Program-made: the position numbers and the translations under genes
Assembly: GCA_051362555.1 (NCBI GenBank)
Contig: CM120648.1
Coordinates: 18,286,587 to 18,350,586, forward strand
From: Lingula anatina
Taxonomy: Eukaryota > Animalia > Brachiopoda
Length of the DNA: 64,000 nucleotides
Reading direction: 5' to 3'
Notes under the pieces: model-generated
Databases searched by the model: none
What the model saw: only the letters and a program-made list of their open reading frames with translations
What the model was told of the DNA's origin: nothing
Part shown: in pieces, positions 33,441 through 46,779 of the stretch
Layout: each line of letters begins with the position of its first letter
Numbering within the stretch: the stretch's first letter is position 1

Positions 33441-36400
33441 TTACAAGACTGAAAAGCTTTTAAGCATCAATTTATCAGCAAAATTTGGAAAAAGTAACCT
33501 TAAAGATATAAATATTTTGGATGGTATATCTGTGCTAGTGTATACTTCATATTGCCTAGTAACAGTTGCCTTGGTGATCTCCAAGGCAACAAGTTCTGAT
33601 TGTACTGGCTGTATGGAGTTGTGCCAGTCACTGCCAAACATGCCTACGAATGATTTCACCGCTCTCTCCGTCCCTGAAAAGATAAGGTCGGATTTATGAA
33701 ACGTAGGTAGAAAGACCAAGGAAATATTTAGTTGTAACTACTTATTATTTTGAAATAAAAAATAATGGATTAAAGTTGGAAATTAGGATTACTGGAAGAG
33801 GGCACTGAATAGGTGAAAATACAACCTCTTTCATCTCAAATTCACATGATAGACGTAATTATAAAGGCCGGTACATATGAACCAAGCATCGGTGGAGTGT
33901 GGATTCCCAGTAACACATGTAAACCACTTCAAATAGTTTCTTATACGGCTAAACAAAAATCAACATGTCAAGGGATAAACTGAATAAATCACTCGTTCTG
34001 CCATAAAACAGCTTTAGACTGCTTTCTTTAAATTTTTGGTCAGAAATTTTACCTACTTTCGTGACCTAGTTTTCTGCCACATTGATATACAGCATACAAC
34101 TCTTGCAGAAAATCCATTCAAATATCATTTTTCGGGTAAAACTAAAAAGTGCCTTTTGGTTTTTCTCTTAGTTATACTACTAAAAACTATATGCTGGCAT
34201 TTGGTTAGCTTTTATGGCAAAATGTGCCAGAATTTAAGACTAAAAGACTTCTTCACTCCTTCATTCCATATGCACCTTTCAATCGTGGAACGTAACTTAT
34301 TGTACCACCAGCGTTAGCGCTGGCGGTACACATGGTTTTAGTCCCGTCAGGTCCGTTCCGCCGGCTCCGCCGCCATGTTACCGTTACCGCTTCTCCTCCT
34401 AGACGGTAAGGGCCTCCATACCCACCTCTTGGATTTAGGTCACCTATAATCTCAACTCGTTCCACGTAAAATTTGGGCTTTGTCGGTATTGGGGTCTAGG
34501 TGTGACACTCATTGCAATGCACCCTTGTCCAAAAATGGCAAAATTAAATGCTAATTATCTACCCTACGGAAGGAATTATGGGAAAAATTTCTACAGACGG
34601 CTTTCCAAAAGTTATATGTGGAGATTTCAAATATACCCTTGGATTTGACCTTTGACCCTTATTTCAAGGTCAAACAGGCCAAAATTTTCAAAAAAAACGA
34701 AATTTTTTACGAAAAAAAATTATTTGCGCTGTTATTCAGACACCACACAGACTTAACCAATAATATTATTGGCAAGTGTTACCCTTCAGGTCACCTTTCA
34801 TCTCCGTGAATTTGGGGTCATTCGTTGCATTTTCACGGTAGTAGCGGCCATAAGATACCGAAAATGAAAACTATCTCTAATTCAGGAACCGTTAATGCTA
34901 GAGACCCATTCTTTTTTGCGTTTTGTAGAGCATGGAAAGCCCAACACTGAAGGTGATCTCCGTTTTTTTTTGTATTCCATACGGTTTTCGAGTTACGCTG
35001 TATCAAAAAGTACATATTGGTGGTGAAAGCAAAATGTGCAGTACGGTAATGGATAATAAATTTTGAACTCCGGAAAAATAAAACATCAGGCTTGGCAAAG
35101 CAGACAACTTGTGGTCAAAAATGACATTATTTCATCAAATTTGAACATCTGGAACTTCAGATCAGCTCCCATTTCAAGAATTTTGATCAAAATGACATTT
35201 TCTTTATTTTAATTAATTTTTTGTGTACGAAATTTATGGCATATTATGGTAACTCCAAAATTATAACATTTAGTCCCTTATATCTCCAAAACTGGCAGAG
35301 ATAGGTCCATAGTTACTATTGAAGTTGAATAGGAAGTCATATACTGGCAATCTTACTGTGACCTTGAAATTGACCTTTGACCTACTTTTCACCATGAATT
35401 GAACTTTGCAAATTTTGCTACCCTTTTATCTCCAAAACTGGCAGAGATAGGTCCATAGTTACTATTGAACTTGAATAGGAAGTCATATACTGGCAATCTA
35501 AATGTGACCTTGATATTGACCTTTGACCTACTTTTCACCATGAATTGAACTTTTGCAAATTTTGCTTCTCTTTTATCTCCAAAACTGGCAAAGATAGGTC
35601 CATAGTTTCTATTGAACTTGAATAGGAAGTCATATACTGGCAATCTAAATGTGATCTTAAAATTGACCTTTGACCTACTTTTCACCATGAATTGAACTTT
35701 GCAAATTTTGCTTCTCTTTTATCTCCAAAACTGGCAGAGATAGGTCCATAGTTTCTATTGAACTTGAATAGGAAGTCATATACTGGCAATCTAAATGTGA
35801 TCTTAAAATTGACCTTTGACCTACATTTCACCATGAACTAACTTTTGTAAATTTTGCTTCTCATTTATCTCCAAAACTGGCAGAGATAGGTCCATAGTTA
35901 CTATTGAAGTTGAATAGAAAGTCATATACTGGCAATCTTACTGTGACCTTGAAATTGACCTTTGACCTACTTTTCATCATGAATTGAACTTTGCAAATTT
36001 TGCTTCCCTTTTATCTCCAAAGTTACACTGTATCCGAAAGTACATATTGGTGGTGAAAGCAAAATGTGCAGTACGGTAATGGATAATAAATTTTGAACTC
36101 CGGAAATATAAAGCATAAGGCTTGGCAAAGCAGACAACGTGTGGTCAAAAATGACATTATTTCATCAAATTTGAACATCTGGAACTTCTGAGCACGTCCC
36201 ATTTCAAGAATTTTGATCAAAATGACCTTTTCTTTCTTTTAATTAATTTTTTCTGTAGGAAATTTATGGCATATTATGGTAACTCCAAAATTATAACATT
36301 TAGTCCTTTATATCTCCAAAACTGGCAGAGATAGGTCCATAGAAGTTGAATAGGAAGTCATATACTGGCAATCTTACTGTGACCTTGAAATTGACCTTTG

Positions 36401-39400
36401 ACCTACTTTTCACCATGAACTGAACTTTGCAAATTTTGCTTCCCTTTTATCTCCAAAACTGGCAGAGACAGGTCCATAGTTACTATTGAAGGTGAATAGG
36501 AAGTCATATACTGGCAATCGTACTGTGACCTTGAAATTGACCTTTGACATACCTTACGATGAACCAAACCTTGATTGTACCATTTTTAGTTATATATATT
36601 TTTTGCATATTTTGAAAATTCTTGTTGATTGCATTTTACAGCTTGTCAAGCACAAGACTGGTGGCTGTGTCCCTTATTTTGCATATTTGGGGGTCTATAG
36701 GAATGCGCTTACTCCAGCTGGTGGTACAATATTCGGAGGCGGTATCGCCTCTCTGATCCTCTAGTTTTGTTCTACGTTCAGTAGTTTCAAAGCTCCAGTA
36801 GGAAACATTAAGTATTTTATTATTACGTATATTATATTGTAATTCTATCTGCATATTTTGTACAACTTCAAAACAAACTGGAAATTTAGCAATAAAATAA
36901 AATTAGTGTCATTATTATAATTTTTATCAACATTCTTTGGTACCATCAGCATTCCAATCACATGCAAGCACTGGTAAATAGGCACTTTGTACGTGTGGAA
37001 TGAAATTTACAATAATAAATACGATAACATTAACAAATACAAATCACGCTGGACTATCAAAAATTACATAAATTTACTTGTACTTACGTGTATCGCCAAC
37101 CATACACAAGGTAACAGACACCCCAGAGTTATAGAGAGCCAGTTCCTGTACTTACGTGTATCGCCTACCATACACAAGGTAACAGACACCCCAGAGTTAT
37201 AGAGAGCCAGTTCTTGTACTTACGTGTAGCTCCTACCATACACAAGGTGACAGACATTCCAGAGTTATAGAGAGCCAGTTCCTGCCTGAGGACGCCAAAG
37301 AACCCCTGGAGAGCGTACTTAGTGGCGGTGTACACGGCTGTATATGGAGTGGCGGTAACTCCTGAAATAACAGCGTGGTCTGAATTTGTACATACGCTGT
37401 AGTGGCTTATTACTTATTATTATTATATATACAGTCATCTAATGGAAACGGTTCAAGTCTTATGATGTTTACTGCTATGAAATACGCACACTGGTCTAGA
37501 AGAAATACAACATTGGTCAAAAAGGTTGTCCCACCCCCGGTTTCATGTGCTTTTATTTATAAATGATCACATCACAGGAGTTAATTGCCATAAATTGTGT
37601 TTTTCATTCCAGATACCATAACTAACATGATTAGTGGTAAAGAAAATACAAACTAGCGGTGAAGATATCAACATTTAATACCATTTATTCACAGTTATTA
37701 CGTGTACCCCCTCAAATCTGACGTTTCACTGTGATTTTCACAGAGGTTAAGAAATGTCCATTAAATTGAAATTTCACCAAATTTCACCAAATTTACACAC
37801 ATTTAGCATGAGTGCGTGCTATGTGTCTAATAGCGTTCATGTTAACCGCGTACTGTAATTACCTCCTGTAGGTGGCGCAGCCCGCCTTCAACAAGGGTAA
37901 CAATCCTTTTTTGGGGATATTGTCCCATTCTTCCGAAAGAGCTTGGAAGAGTTGGTCCAGATTTATTAAGAGTTACGTTTTCCTTTGCACTGCACACTTC
38001 AAACCACGTCACAGATGTTTAGCAAGGTTAATAACATGGCTCAAAGATGGTTGCTCCATTGGGTTTCTGCAACAAATCACTCATCAGACGAGAGTTGTGA
38101 GCAAGTGCATCTCCACGATGACGCCCACAGTATCCCTGGAGTCACCTCTTGCAAATGAAATGAATTCAGTGAATTGCCCCAGTATCGTTCTTTTCCGGAA
38201 AGAACAATGCTCTTAAACCATGGGCTTGGAATTCTCTCCAAACGTGGACTGACCTGACACCTCAGGCTATATCATCCTGCACAAACCTATCAAAAGGCAT
38301 TCTGCAACATGTGTACAGACCCTAGTTTGACCATCGAAATCATTCATGAAATACCTTGATTCTTCAGCAAAACCAATTGTTTCTAGTGATGGTTGACCAA
38401 GCTTTGGTAGTTCTGGGATCACTGAACCTAGCATTCTTAACTGATACCTCATTCCATCTGCAAGAGGGGACTTCGGGGGTGATTCAGGCATCATCATGAC
38501 AGCACACTTGCACACAGTTCTCATGTGGTGAGTGATTTGTTGCAGAAACCCAATGTTCTGAGGCTGGAGACACCATCTCTGAATCCAGATAATAAACCTA
38601 TTGAGCACACGTGGCATGAATTGAAGTGTGCAATCCAGAGGAGAACCAAACTCCAAACAGTCCGGACCAATTCCGTCAAGTTTTTTAGGAAACATGGGGC
38701 AATATCCCACTTGAAGGTAATGGCGCCGTCTACAGGAGATAATTACAGAACGAGGTAAACACACACGCTAATAGACAAGTGACCTTTAACAAGAACACCT
38801 TAATGCTAAATGTGTGTAAATTTGGTGACATTTGGTGGTGTTAATTCAATTTAATGGACATTTCTTTGCCTCCGTGGAAATGACAGTGGAACATAGGATT
38901 TGAGGGGGTACATGTAATAAATGTGAATAAATGGTATTTAATGGTATTAAATATGGGTATATAGTTTGTATTTTCTGTGCCATGAATCATGTTAGTTATA
39001 CTATCTGGAATGAAAATCACCATTTATAGCAATTAACTCCTGTGATGTGATCATTTATAAATAAAAGCACATGAAACTGGGGGTGGGACAACCTTTTGAC
39101 CAATCTTGTATATACCATAAAACTAAGAAGAGTGATTATTTCAAATGATTCCAATATTAAATCAAAACACTCAACCTGTCAGAAAAGGTCTTCTGCAAGA
39201 GTGTTGTTCGATACTGAACAAACGGTAATTTTTTTTTTCATCTTCTTCTTATTTGAGACGTTTTATTTCAAGTGATTGACAGGCAGACGATATACCCACC
39301 CGCAGTAGAGGAGACCACAGAAATGTGACCACGACTATTGGTCAAAAGAGGTAGTGCATGGGACGCCAGATGAACATATGACCGGAAGTTAACGTCCATA

Positions 39401-41227
39401 CTGGTGGTCAGTCTCGTGAAGTTATCCCCTGTCCCCAGCCACGGCTGGACGTTAGGCGATATAGCATGGTTCAAAATCAGTATGTCCAGCCCGCCGAGTT
39501 TGTTTTCCGTAAACTTGGTTTATGAAAAAAACAACGTTTTTATAATATTTAACCAATCGTTTTTTGCAATTCTAGAGACATTTTGCAGTTGTGCACACTT
39601 TAACTGCTATACTGTTTTCACTGTTCGTTTAAAATTGCTTTCATTTAGGTCACAAAGGTCGTCACGCCTGTTTCCATGAATATTATACTAATGATAAAAA
39701 GCTAAACTTGGCATCCAATTGCTCATTATTCAGACATCTTGTATATTTGACAATACTGTACGTAATTCACAACGTTCACATTGTTCAGGACCCATATACT
39801 GTAACCCCTCTACCCATGATGACTGCCGAAATTGATAATGCCAAAAGTTTAGCTGGGTCCCCGATCTTATTTACCCTGAGTGTCAGCGTCACTGTGAAGC
39901 CAGTTTTGCTGATATGGGTTATATATGAAATCAAGATCGAGCTGGCAAAACTGAAATCTAGACCCTAGGGTAGATCTTAGCGTCCTTCTGTGGAAAATCC
40001 TTCTGTGGAAAATCCTTCTGTGTGTGTGTGTGCTCTGTACCTTGATAACCCTAGCTGTCTCCTCCATGTCTCCCAGATCAATGTCTGTGTGTTGGTGTGT
40101 GTGCGTGTGTACTGTATACCTTTATAACTCTAGCTGTCTCCTCCATGTCTCCCAGATCAGCTACTGTGTACATATGGTTAGACTCAGGTGCCGGAGATAA
40201 CTTTTTACACTCTGCGATGACCTGAAATCGTTATTATGGAAAGATGCAACTGACACTCAACTGATTGTTCAAATAGCTAAATTATAGAGCAGCTTTTGTA
40301 AAGGAAAATAAAATCGTTAATAAAGCATATTGTCTAAGTCACGAAGTTCGAAGCTGTTATTTGAAGGTTGACCCTCCCTCACTTCTCTTAATTTATTACC
40401 GGCAACTGACCTTTTTTAAGAGGTTTTCTCTGCGCGCCGTTAAAACAAGATTTGCTCCCATCTTGGCGAAATGGTACGCCACCTGTTCTCCAATTCCAGA
40501 GGACGCCCCGGTAATGAGCACTCTCTTGCCTCTCACCATGGCTGTGATAAAACCGATATGCTTATATCAGCCTATTATCATTTTGATTTCTGTTATAAAT
40601 TTGGCAATTTAATAACACACCGGTAGGCCTGATTTAATCCATATGTAATGACAAATATGTGGCTTTATCTTACGCAGACAACGTAGATATTGTGGTTATG
40701 GCAATTTCATACATGTAGATATTAAAAAAATCATATGCCATAACAAAGTTCTATGTGGCTTTATCTTGGGCAGACGTCGTAAATATTATTTTGGAGACTA
40801 GGAGAGAAATAGCACGAAATCCATGCGTTATCTCTCTTCTTTTTGGATACTGATATCCAATGGTTGTGTTAGCAGGTTACAGCCAACACGTAGGCCATTA
40901 AAATGGAATGCTAACGCATGGATTTCATACTTAAGGAGAGAAAGAGAGAGTGGTACACAAAAATATGATCGACTGGCGTATTTTCAGCCTCACCAAACTA
41001 AGTTGGTCTGCCCTAAGTCTTTAATCGTTTACTCACATACTGATCACAAGTGTCAGTCCCGTTGAGTACAGTAGACTATACGAACATGTAGCACATCAGA
41101 CTTAGATAGAGATCGGCAAAGACCGTTCATGCTCACCGGGATCGAAATCATCCACGTAGAGGCTGGCGATGTAGACGGCAGTCACAGTGAGGAGCACAGC
41201 AACCAGGGTTTTTGTCTTGGAACCCAT
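33441..41227 (-). CDS. HSD11B1L: Hydroxysteroid 11-beta-dehydrogenase 1-like short-chain dehydrogenase/reductase, 302 aa, 6 exons
   Basis: Exons 41227-41137 (MGSKTKTLVAVLLTVTAVYIASLYVDDFDP, signal/anchor), 40541-40411 (VLITGASSGIGEQVAY..TARRE), 40221-40120, 39513-39300 (LGGLDILILNH..VNFRSYV..VVSS), 37361-37224 (YTATK catalytic YxxxK, GFF..LRQEL), 33673-33441 (stop). Total 909 nt with all phases consistent. The symbol is a family-level assignment. Confidence 0.88.
34297..36766 (+). mobile_element. Non-autonomous Helentron-type (HINE) element with about 148-bp internal satellite units, in the last SDR intron
   Basis: 5' subTIR attgtaccaccagc with adjacent inverted gctggcggtaca; 3' subTIR gctggtggtacaat, hairpin ggaggcg-gtat-cgcctct and terminal CTAGT. 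Tandem units tatctccaaaactggcagagataggtccatag... at 35280-36550. Confidence 0.8.
37078..37284 (-). repeat. 68-bp tandem repeat of SDR exon 5 end plus donor, 3 donors
   Basis: Minus-strand unit CAGGAACTGGCTCTCTATAACTCTGG..CCTTGTGTATGGT(A/T)GG...TACAC|gtaagta; GT at 37223, 37155 and 37087. Confidence 0.92.
37508..39108. mobile_element. Tc1/mariner-derived fold-back element
   Basis: TA flanks (37506-37507 and 39109-39110); termini CAA(C/G)ATTGGTCAAAA...; long inverted arms. Decayed transposase C-terminus (PSLNPDNKPIEHTWHELK, resembling SPDLNPIEHxW) on + at about 38525-38760, with a homologous segment on - at about 37870-38160. Confidence 0.8.
39872..39972. mobile_element. Short MITE-like element (TACCCT...AGGGTA); longer relative at about 45138-45294
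   Basis: Both copies begin taccctgagtgtcag and share atatatgaaatcaagatcgagctggcaa...tctaga.cctagggta. Confidence 0.55.
40036..40160 (-). repeat. Duplicated SDR exon 3 end plus donor (79-bp spacing)
   Basis: TGATCTGGGAGACATGGAGGAGACAGCTAG(A/G)GTTAT(A/C)AAG|gta with GT at 40119 (true) and 40040. Confidence 0.9.
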
Positions 41228-43989
41228 ACTGAATTTTTTTTTTTATTTCTGAGACGCGACGACCTCTGCAAACCCCACTGACCTTTTAATGCCCCCACTG
41301 CACACACTGCTGGCAGCATTAAGTGTAATACCAGTACATAAGGTCTGCATTAGCATCCCTGCTTTGGCCAGGTCAGTACATATAAGACTGGGTTCCCATA
41401 CCTAGACTGATCTAACAGGATCGATCCATTTCCACGGGGTTTCTCGCTAAATTGCTTACAGCTTAAACGGCTTAGATGTCTGGGACCCCTCCAAAGCTTC
41501 TAAACGATAGTTAATTACCCCCTATCAGCTTCAGTAGGCGTGACAGACATTTAAGCCACTTAAGTTAATTGCAATTGAGTGAAAATCCCCATGGCCCATA
41601 GCAGCCTACGCGTGCGTCTTTTAGACGCCCCTTTACATGCGAAAACGACAAGGCCTATATGCCGAGTTCATCTTTTACTACAGAGCTTTGAGAGCCGAAA
41701 AAGACATGGCTGTGTCTCTTTCGCCACTTACTGAACTCTGTTCGCGGGATTTTATGCAGTATTTTTTATAGATTTTTTTTTCTGAAAATTGCATTTAGAA
41801 GTAAAACGTATATTAGGTGGGCGGGTGGGTCAGGCACAGTGCTGTCGTTGGCGTGCACGGGTGCAGGAAAAAACAGTCCGTTACAGCAACGACCTGGCCC
41901 TGCAATCGAGAAGTCACGAGAAAAAAGCCGATGGTTTAGAATAAGTGATCGATTTGACAACAAAATTATTACTGGTCATTATCTTAAAGTATTCCTTTCT
42001 TTTCAAATTTTGCTTTAGAATATTAAACTTTACTATTTAGATTGATTTAGATTCTTTGGAATGGTGCCTGATGACATCGGTATTATAGTTTCACAAGTTT
42101 ATTCCTTTCTCTTCAGTTTTAAAGTCTTTAAAATGATGTTCAGGCGGGGATGGTCATAGTTCTCTATCCTTTACCAGCTACGCCACAGATCAAACTTGAA
42201 AGGAGTCAATAGCTAATCCTGCATGGAGGCATGCATATGTCATAGGCCTACTGCACACATAAAGATGACAAAAGCAAGAAGAGTTTTCTTTTCAAAAGTC
42301 ACGTCGCCACTATTGTTTAACCCAAATATGTTCTTGCTTTTTTCATGCCCACCCCCTTTCGTAAGGAATAGTTCTTTCGCGTTCTTTAAAAAATACAAGT
42401 TTTCGTTTTAATTTAAAAATTCGTCACCCTACCAAACTGCAATGTTGCCATTGCGCGATCGACGAAACGCGATCTAAACGAATTATTCTCATCTAAATCG
42501 TTAACTTTAGGCAACTAACATGAAATATCCGAAAGGCTAACCCTTCTCGCTGATAACAATACATCCATGGTTTAATCATTTTACTTGCTGTCAAAAATAT
42601 CCAACAATTAACACGAGCATAAAAATCCCGCAGACTACATTCTCTCCCCGAATACGCATGCATGCGTACATCTTTTCGTAGCGACTTACAACAAGTCGGA
42701 GGCAGTTGTAAATTTACGTGCATATTTACAAGAGTTTGTAACTTACAAAACTTCGAGAATACCAACTGACAAGAACGATCGGACTTACGTGAAAAGTTAC
42801 AAGAATTTGTAAGTTACAACCTTTCGAGAATACGGCCCCAGTTGTTAATAGATGGCGCAGAGAGTAGTTTTTAGAGGACATTGTGTTTTCGGTGCAAAGA
42901 TGAAAAAACCACCTTCGTCAGGGTTTACAATTGTATTTTTTATGGATTATGCGATATATTTCTATTTTTTCTTTTTACCTACACAGTTTCAATGAATCCT
43001 GGATCCGCGGGAAAGGGGGGCATGAATCCCTGTCAACTCCTGCCTTCGCTTTCTATATAGGCCTAATGATAATAATAATGATAATAATTTATTGAGCACT
43101 AAATTGTTTCAGCACATTTTGTAGGCCCTCTAAACTACTTGTGTTATACATGCATGTAATATATATCTAGACCTATTATCACACTTATGTGATATCAGGC
43201 ATACAAGCATAAATGTAATTATACGTTTCTTAATTACGTTATATACGTAATCTACAGTAACAAGTGGAAATAATGATCTCTTCACCCATCTGGAATCAGC
43301 TACATTTAGGAGAAAACGGCACAGCAGGCCAAGACATCTTTTGCGTTAATATTTTGATACTGTCCTTTTTCATTCTTACAAAGATTTGTAAAAATACTGT
43401 CTCCTAGACCTATCTGTTAAATATATCCCGACTTTTCTTTTCTTTTTTAAATCATATAATCTTATATAGAAAAGAAAAAATGAGTTAAGGAACTAAAGCC
43501 GAAAAGCTATTGAATGATCAGAGAGAGAGAGAGAGAGAGAGAGAAAGAAAGAGAAAACGTGTGTGTATTTTGCCTTATAACTCCTACCTCCGCTTTCAAA
43601 AATAAACTCTCCAGCCGTGTGGTATACATTTGGGAGAAAAGGACACTACAGGTCAGGACATCTGTTACATTAATATTTTTGATACTTTTTTTTTTTGCTT
43701 TTACAAAAATTTGTAAAAAGTGTGTCTCCTCGACGTACATGTATCTGTTAAATAGCCCACTACAATATCTCCATATTTCCACATATAAGATAAGAGAGAG
43801 AGAGGCGGGCCGAAATTTTGCTGGAATTTTTGGTGAACTTGACCTGGCTGTGGTGTAAAAAAATGGACATCGGACTCAGGTCGGACTTGAAGAACAAAAC
43901 AAACAAGCACAAAACAAGCACGAACGTAATCTCCTCTCAACTCATCTAACACCCTCACGTGGTCAAATGCACCCCAGGTCAGCCTCCAG

Positions 43990-44189
43990 CGGTCATGTAG
44001 ATACTCCCCCGCACCGATAATCCCCCTTAGTAATTTTTTGTATAGGCCTAATGCGCATCGATGCGACTCCACACCGATAGATCCCCGCAACGGTACATCC
44101 CCTCAGTAGGCCTATATCTGTAATTGTGGGGATATAGGCCTACCGGTGCGGGGGAGTATCGGTGCGGGGACGTATCGACAAGTAACCCG
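43990..44189. mobile_element. MITE with ccgatactcccccgca subterminal repeats (same motif family as 59425-60809)
   Basis: Inverted arrays gatactcccccgcaccgata and tatcggtgcgggga; imperfect flanking duplication cct-ccag / cctgccag. Confidence 0.5.
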
Positions 44190-45714
44190 CCTGCCAGATA
44201 ACATGCCACCAGTGGGTCACCTGCGGCTATAAACAGCAAACAGCCACTGGTGGACCACTGGTGTAGGGTCTACTGCTCGTGGTTAGCTGGTGGCAGATTG
44301 CCGTTGGTAATGTAGCTGGTGACCGGTCCACTGGTGACCCATTCGCGATTTTCTCATCGTAAGTGTTAAGTGTAGCTTTTTTTTTCAAATACGCGTATGC
44401 GTATTGTAATAACGTCACCTCACTTCGGCGGAAGTGTTTTTTTACCTTTGTTCACTCATTTGGGAGTGCGCAATTTCCTAGCATTTCATTGGCCTATAAA
44501 ATTTACGTGACGTAGACTTACTGCACGCGACGGCTGCACGTGACGTCTGCGTCGATCACTCTACTCCGCCTGACTGCTGCCACTGGGCTTTGATTTCACT
44601 ATATTTCATGCAAAATAGGTAAGCCTAATAATATTTAAATACACTGATTGCCAGATCTTTTCAATGTAGGCCTACATGTAGGAAAAATGTTGATTTATAA
44701 AACAGCTTTTTAAAAAATAAATTCTGGAAATTAGTACATTGTTATTGAGTGGAAGAAACAAATCGCGAAAGCTCCACCTAGGCCTACTATAGCCCTATGA
44801 GATATAGGTATGAAAAAAATTGATTATAAGATTCGTCTTTTGTATTTGAAAGTTTGGTATTTTTGCCACTTGAAAAGATCGAGTCAATTAAAAGGTATAC
44901 ATTTTCAAAGTGTATATATTTTTAAAAAATAAAAATGTAGTTAATCAATGTGTTATGAAGGGTTTTCTGTGGCTTTTATTTACGTAAATTTCATTTTGAT
45001 AACAATTAAAATGGAAAAGACCCATAATAGATTTATGAATTACATTGATAACAATTGGAAAAAGTAAAGTTTGCATGCATCTTAAAATAAACCTTGGAAT
45101 ATTACCAGTGAACATTGGCCCTTTTTCTTATGTGGTCTACCCTGAGTGTCAGAGCAACGTAAAAAATAGCTTGCTAAATATCCCTACCTTGTAGTGGAGT
45201 CGCTTTTACTAGTACCTGGTATTACTACTATGGGTTAGGCCTATATATGAAATCAAGATCGAGCTGGCAATACCGGAATCTAGAACCTAGGGTAATGTGG
45301 TCCCACCTAGCGGAATATTATTATTAAAATATCGGCAAAACGTCTGACATATGTAGGCCTACAATGACTTGAAAACTGCGCTGCACTCCAACGAGACAGA
45401 TGCGGCTAATTGCTCATTCAATTTGGTAGTTGTGCCGCCACCTTTATTTCTTATTTCAATTTATTAAACCCTTGACCCCAACGGCTCATCAGAATGGAAT
45501 ACAGTGACAATATAAAGTCACATCAACGAACTACCACAACAACAAAAACTACTACTGATACAAATAATAATAATAATAACAATAATTCATTATACTGACG
45601 CTAATCTTAGCTCCGATGCACATTGTAGGTATTTCCCGAAGTTGTTTAATTGTGAGACATTGTTAAGTGATAATAATTTAATTAGTTTGAAGACTGCGAG
45701 CTTTTTGACCTTTT

Positions 45715-45717
<3 letters not shown>

Positions 45718-45783
<66 letters not shown>
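45718..45783. repeat. (TA)n microsatellite (another at about 12712-12762)
   Basis: Uninterrupted TA run. Confidence 0.95.
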
Positions 45784-45786
<3 letters not shown>

Positions 45787-46779
45787 GCCAGGGATCTTCT
45801 CTTGAAATAGTATTTATTTCAAAACATTTACACATCACGGTCTCCTCTGCATTCACAGCAGCGAGGCGGTCCGGCTTGCTAAAATTCTCAAGAGACTTGC
45901 TTAAATTTGTAAAAATAAATAAATAAATAACTCTCGCTGAGATAAATTACTACTAACAGTATTTTTTTATTCAGGTTAGCTAAAAATTATAAAGATGGTG
46001 AAGTAGCCATTCCTACGGATCATGTAGAAAGGTGATGAATAAGAAAATATATGGAAAAATTGGTCGTTTATAAATGACCAATATCTGAAGAAATAATACA
46101 GTTTACATTCAAGTTGTTTTGTGTTCTGACCACCAATATCTGGCATATGCATATTTGTCATATTAAGATTTTTCATGTTTTTTAAAAGGCAATTCGGTGT
46201 TAATTAAATTAAGACTAGCCATAAGGAAGTGCACATGGTGCATTTTGTGCGTTTTGGTAGTCATTTTAAGGTATTTTCATTAATTCCAATCAGATTTCTT
46301 TACCGATAAATTATTCGTGTTATGGTTTTCAGAGATCGTTTCATCTTCACCACCCTCCTGCAGATAAAAGCTATGCTGAAGAATAACATTATTGTTCTTA
46401 CAAGGTTAGAGCAAAGATTGAAACAGAACAGAAGTCCTGATGACAATATTGTCTCAACTGACGAGTTTGCATTTCCTATGGAGACTAGAGAAGATGTGGC
46501 AAGGGTTGAAAACATACTTAAAGATAAGCATAATGAAATTACTGGTAAGTTAAAAAAAATAATAGTGTGATTAAAATTAATGTAGTGATTGTTGTGCTGA
46601 AGCTACATATGGAAAAATAATAAGTTGATTTTTAAAATAGTGGTTATTTGATAAATGATTAATATGACATTTTAATCTGAACACGTATCATTTGTTGTAT
46701 GAATAGGGCCTATATATAAATGTGCTTTATGCGGTGGCCCACAAGTGCACTCCAAATTCCAAACGACACTCCCAATTCT

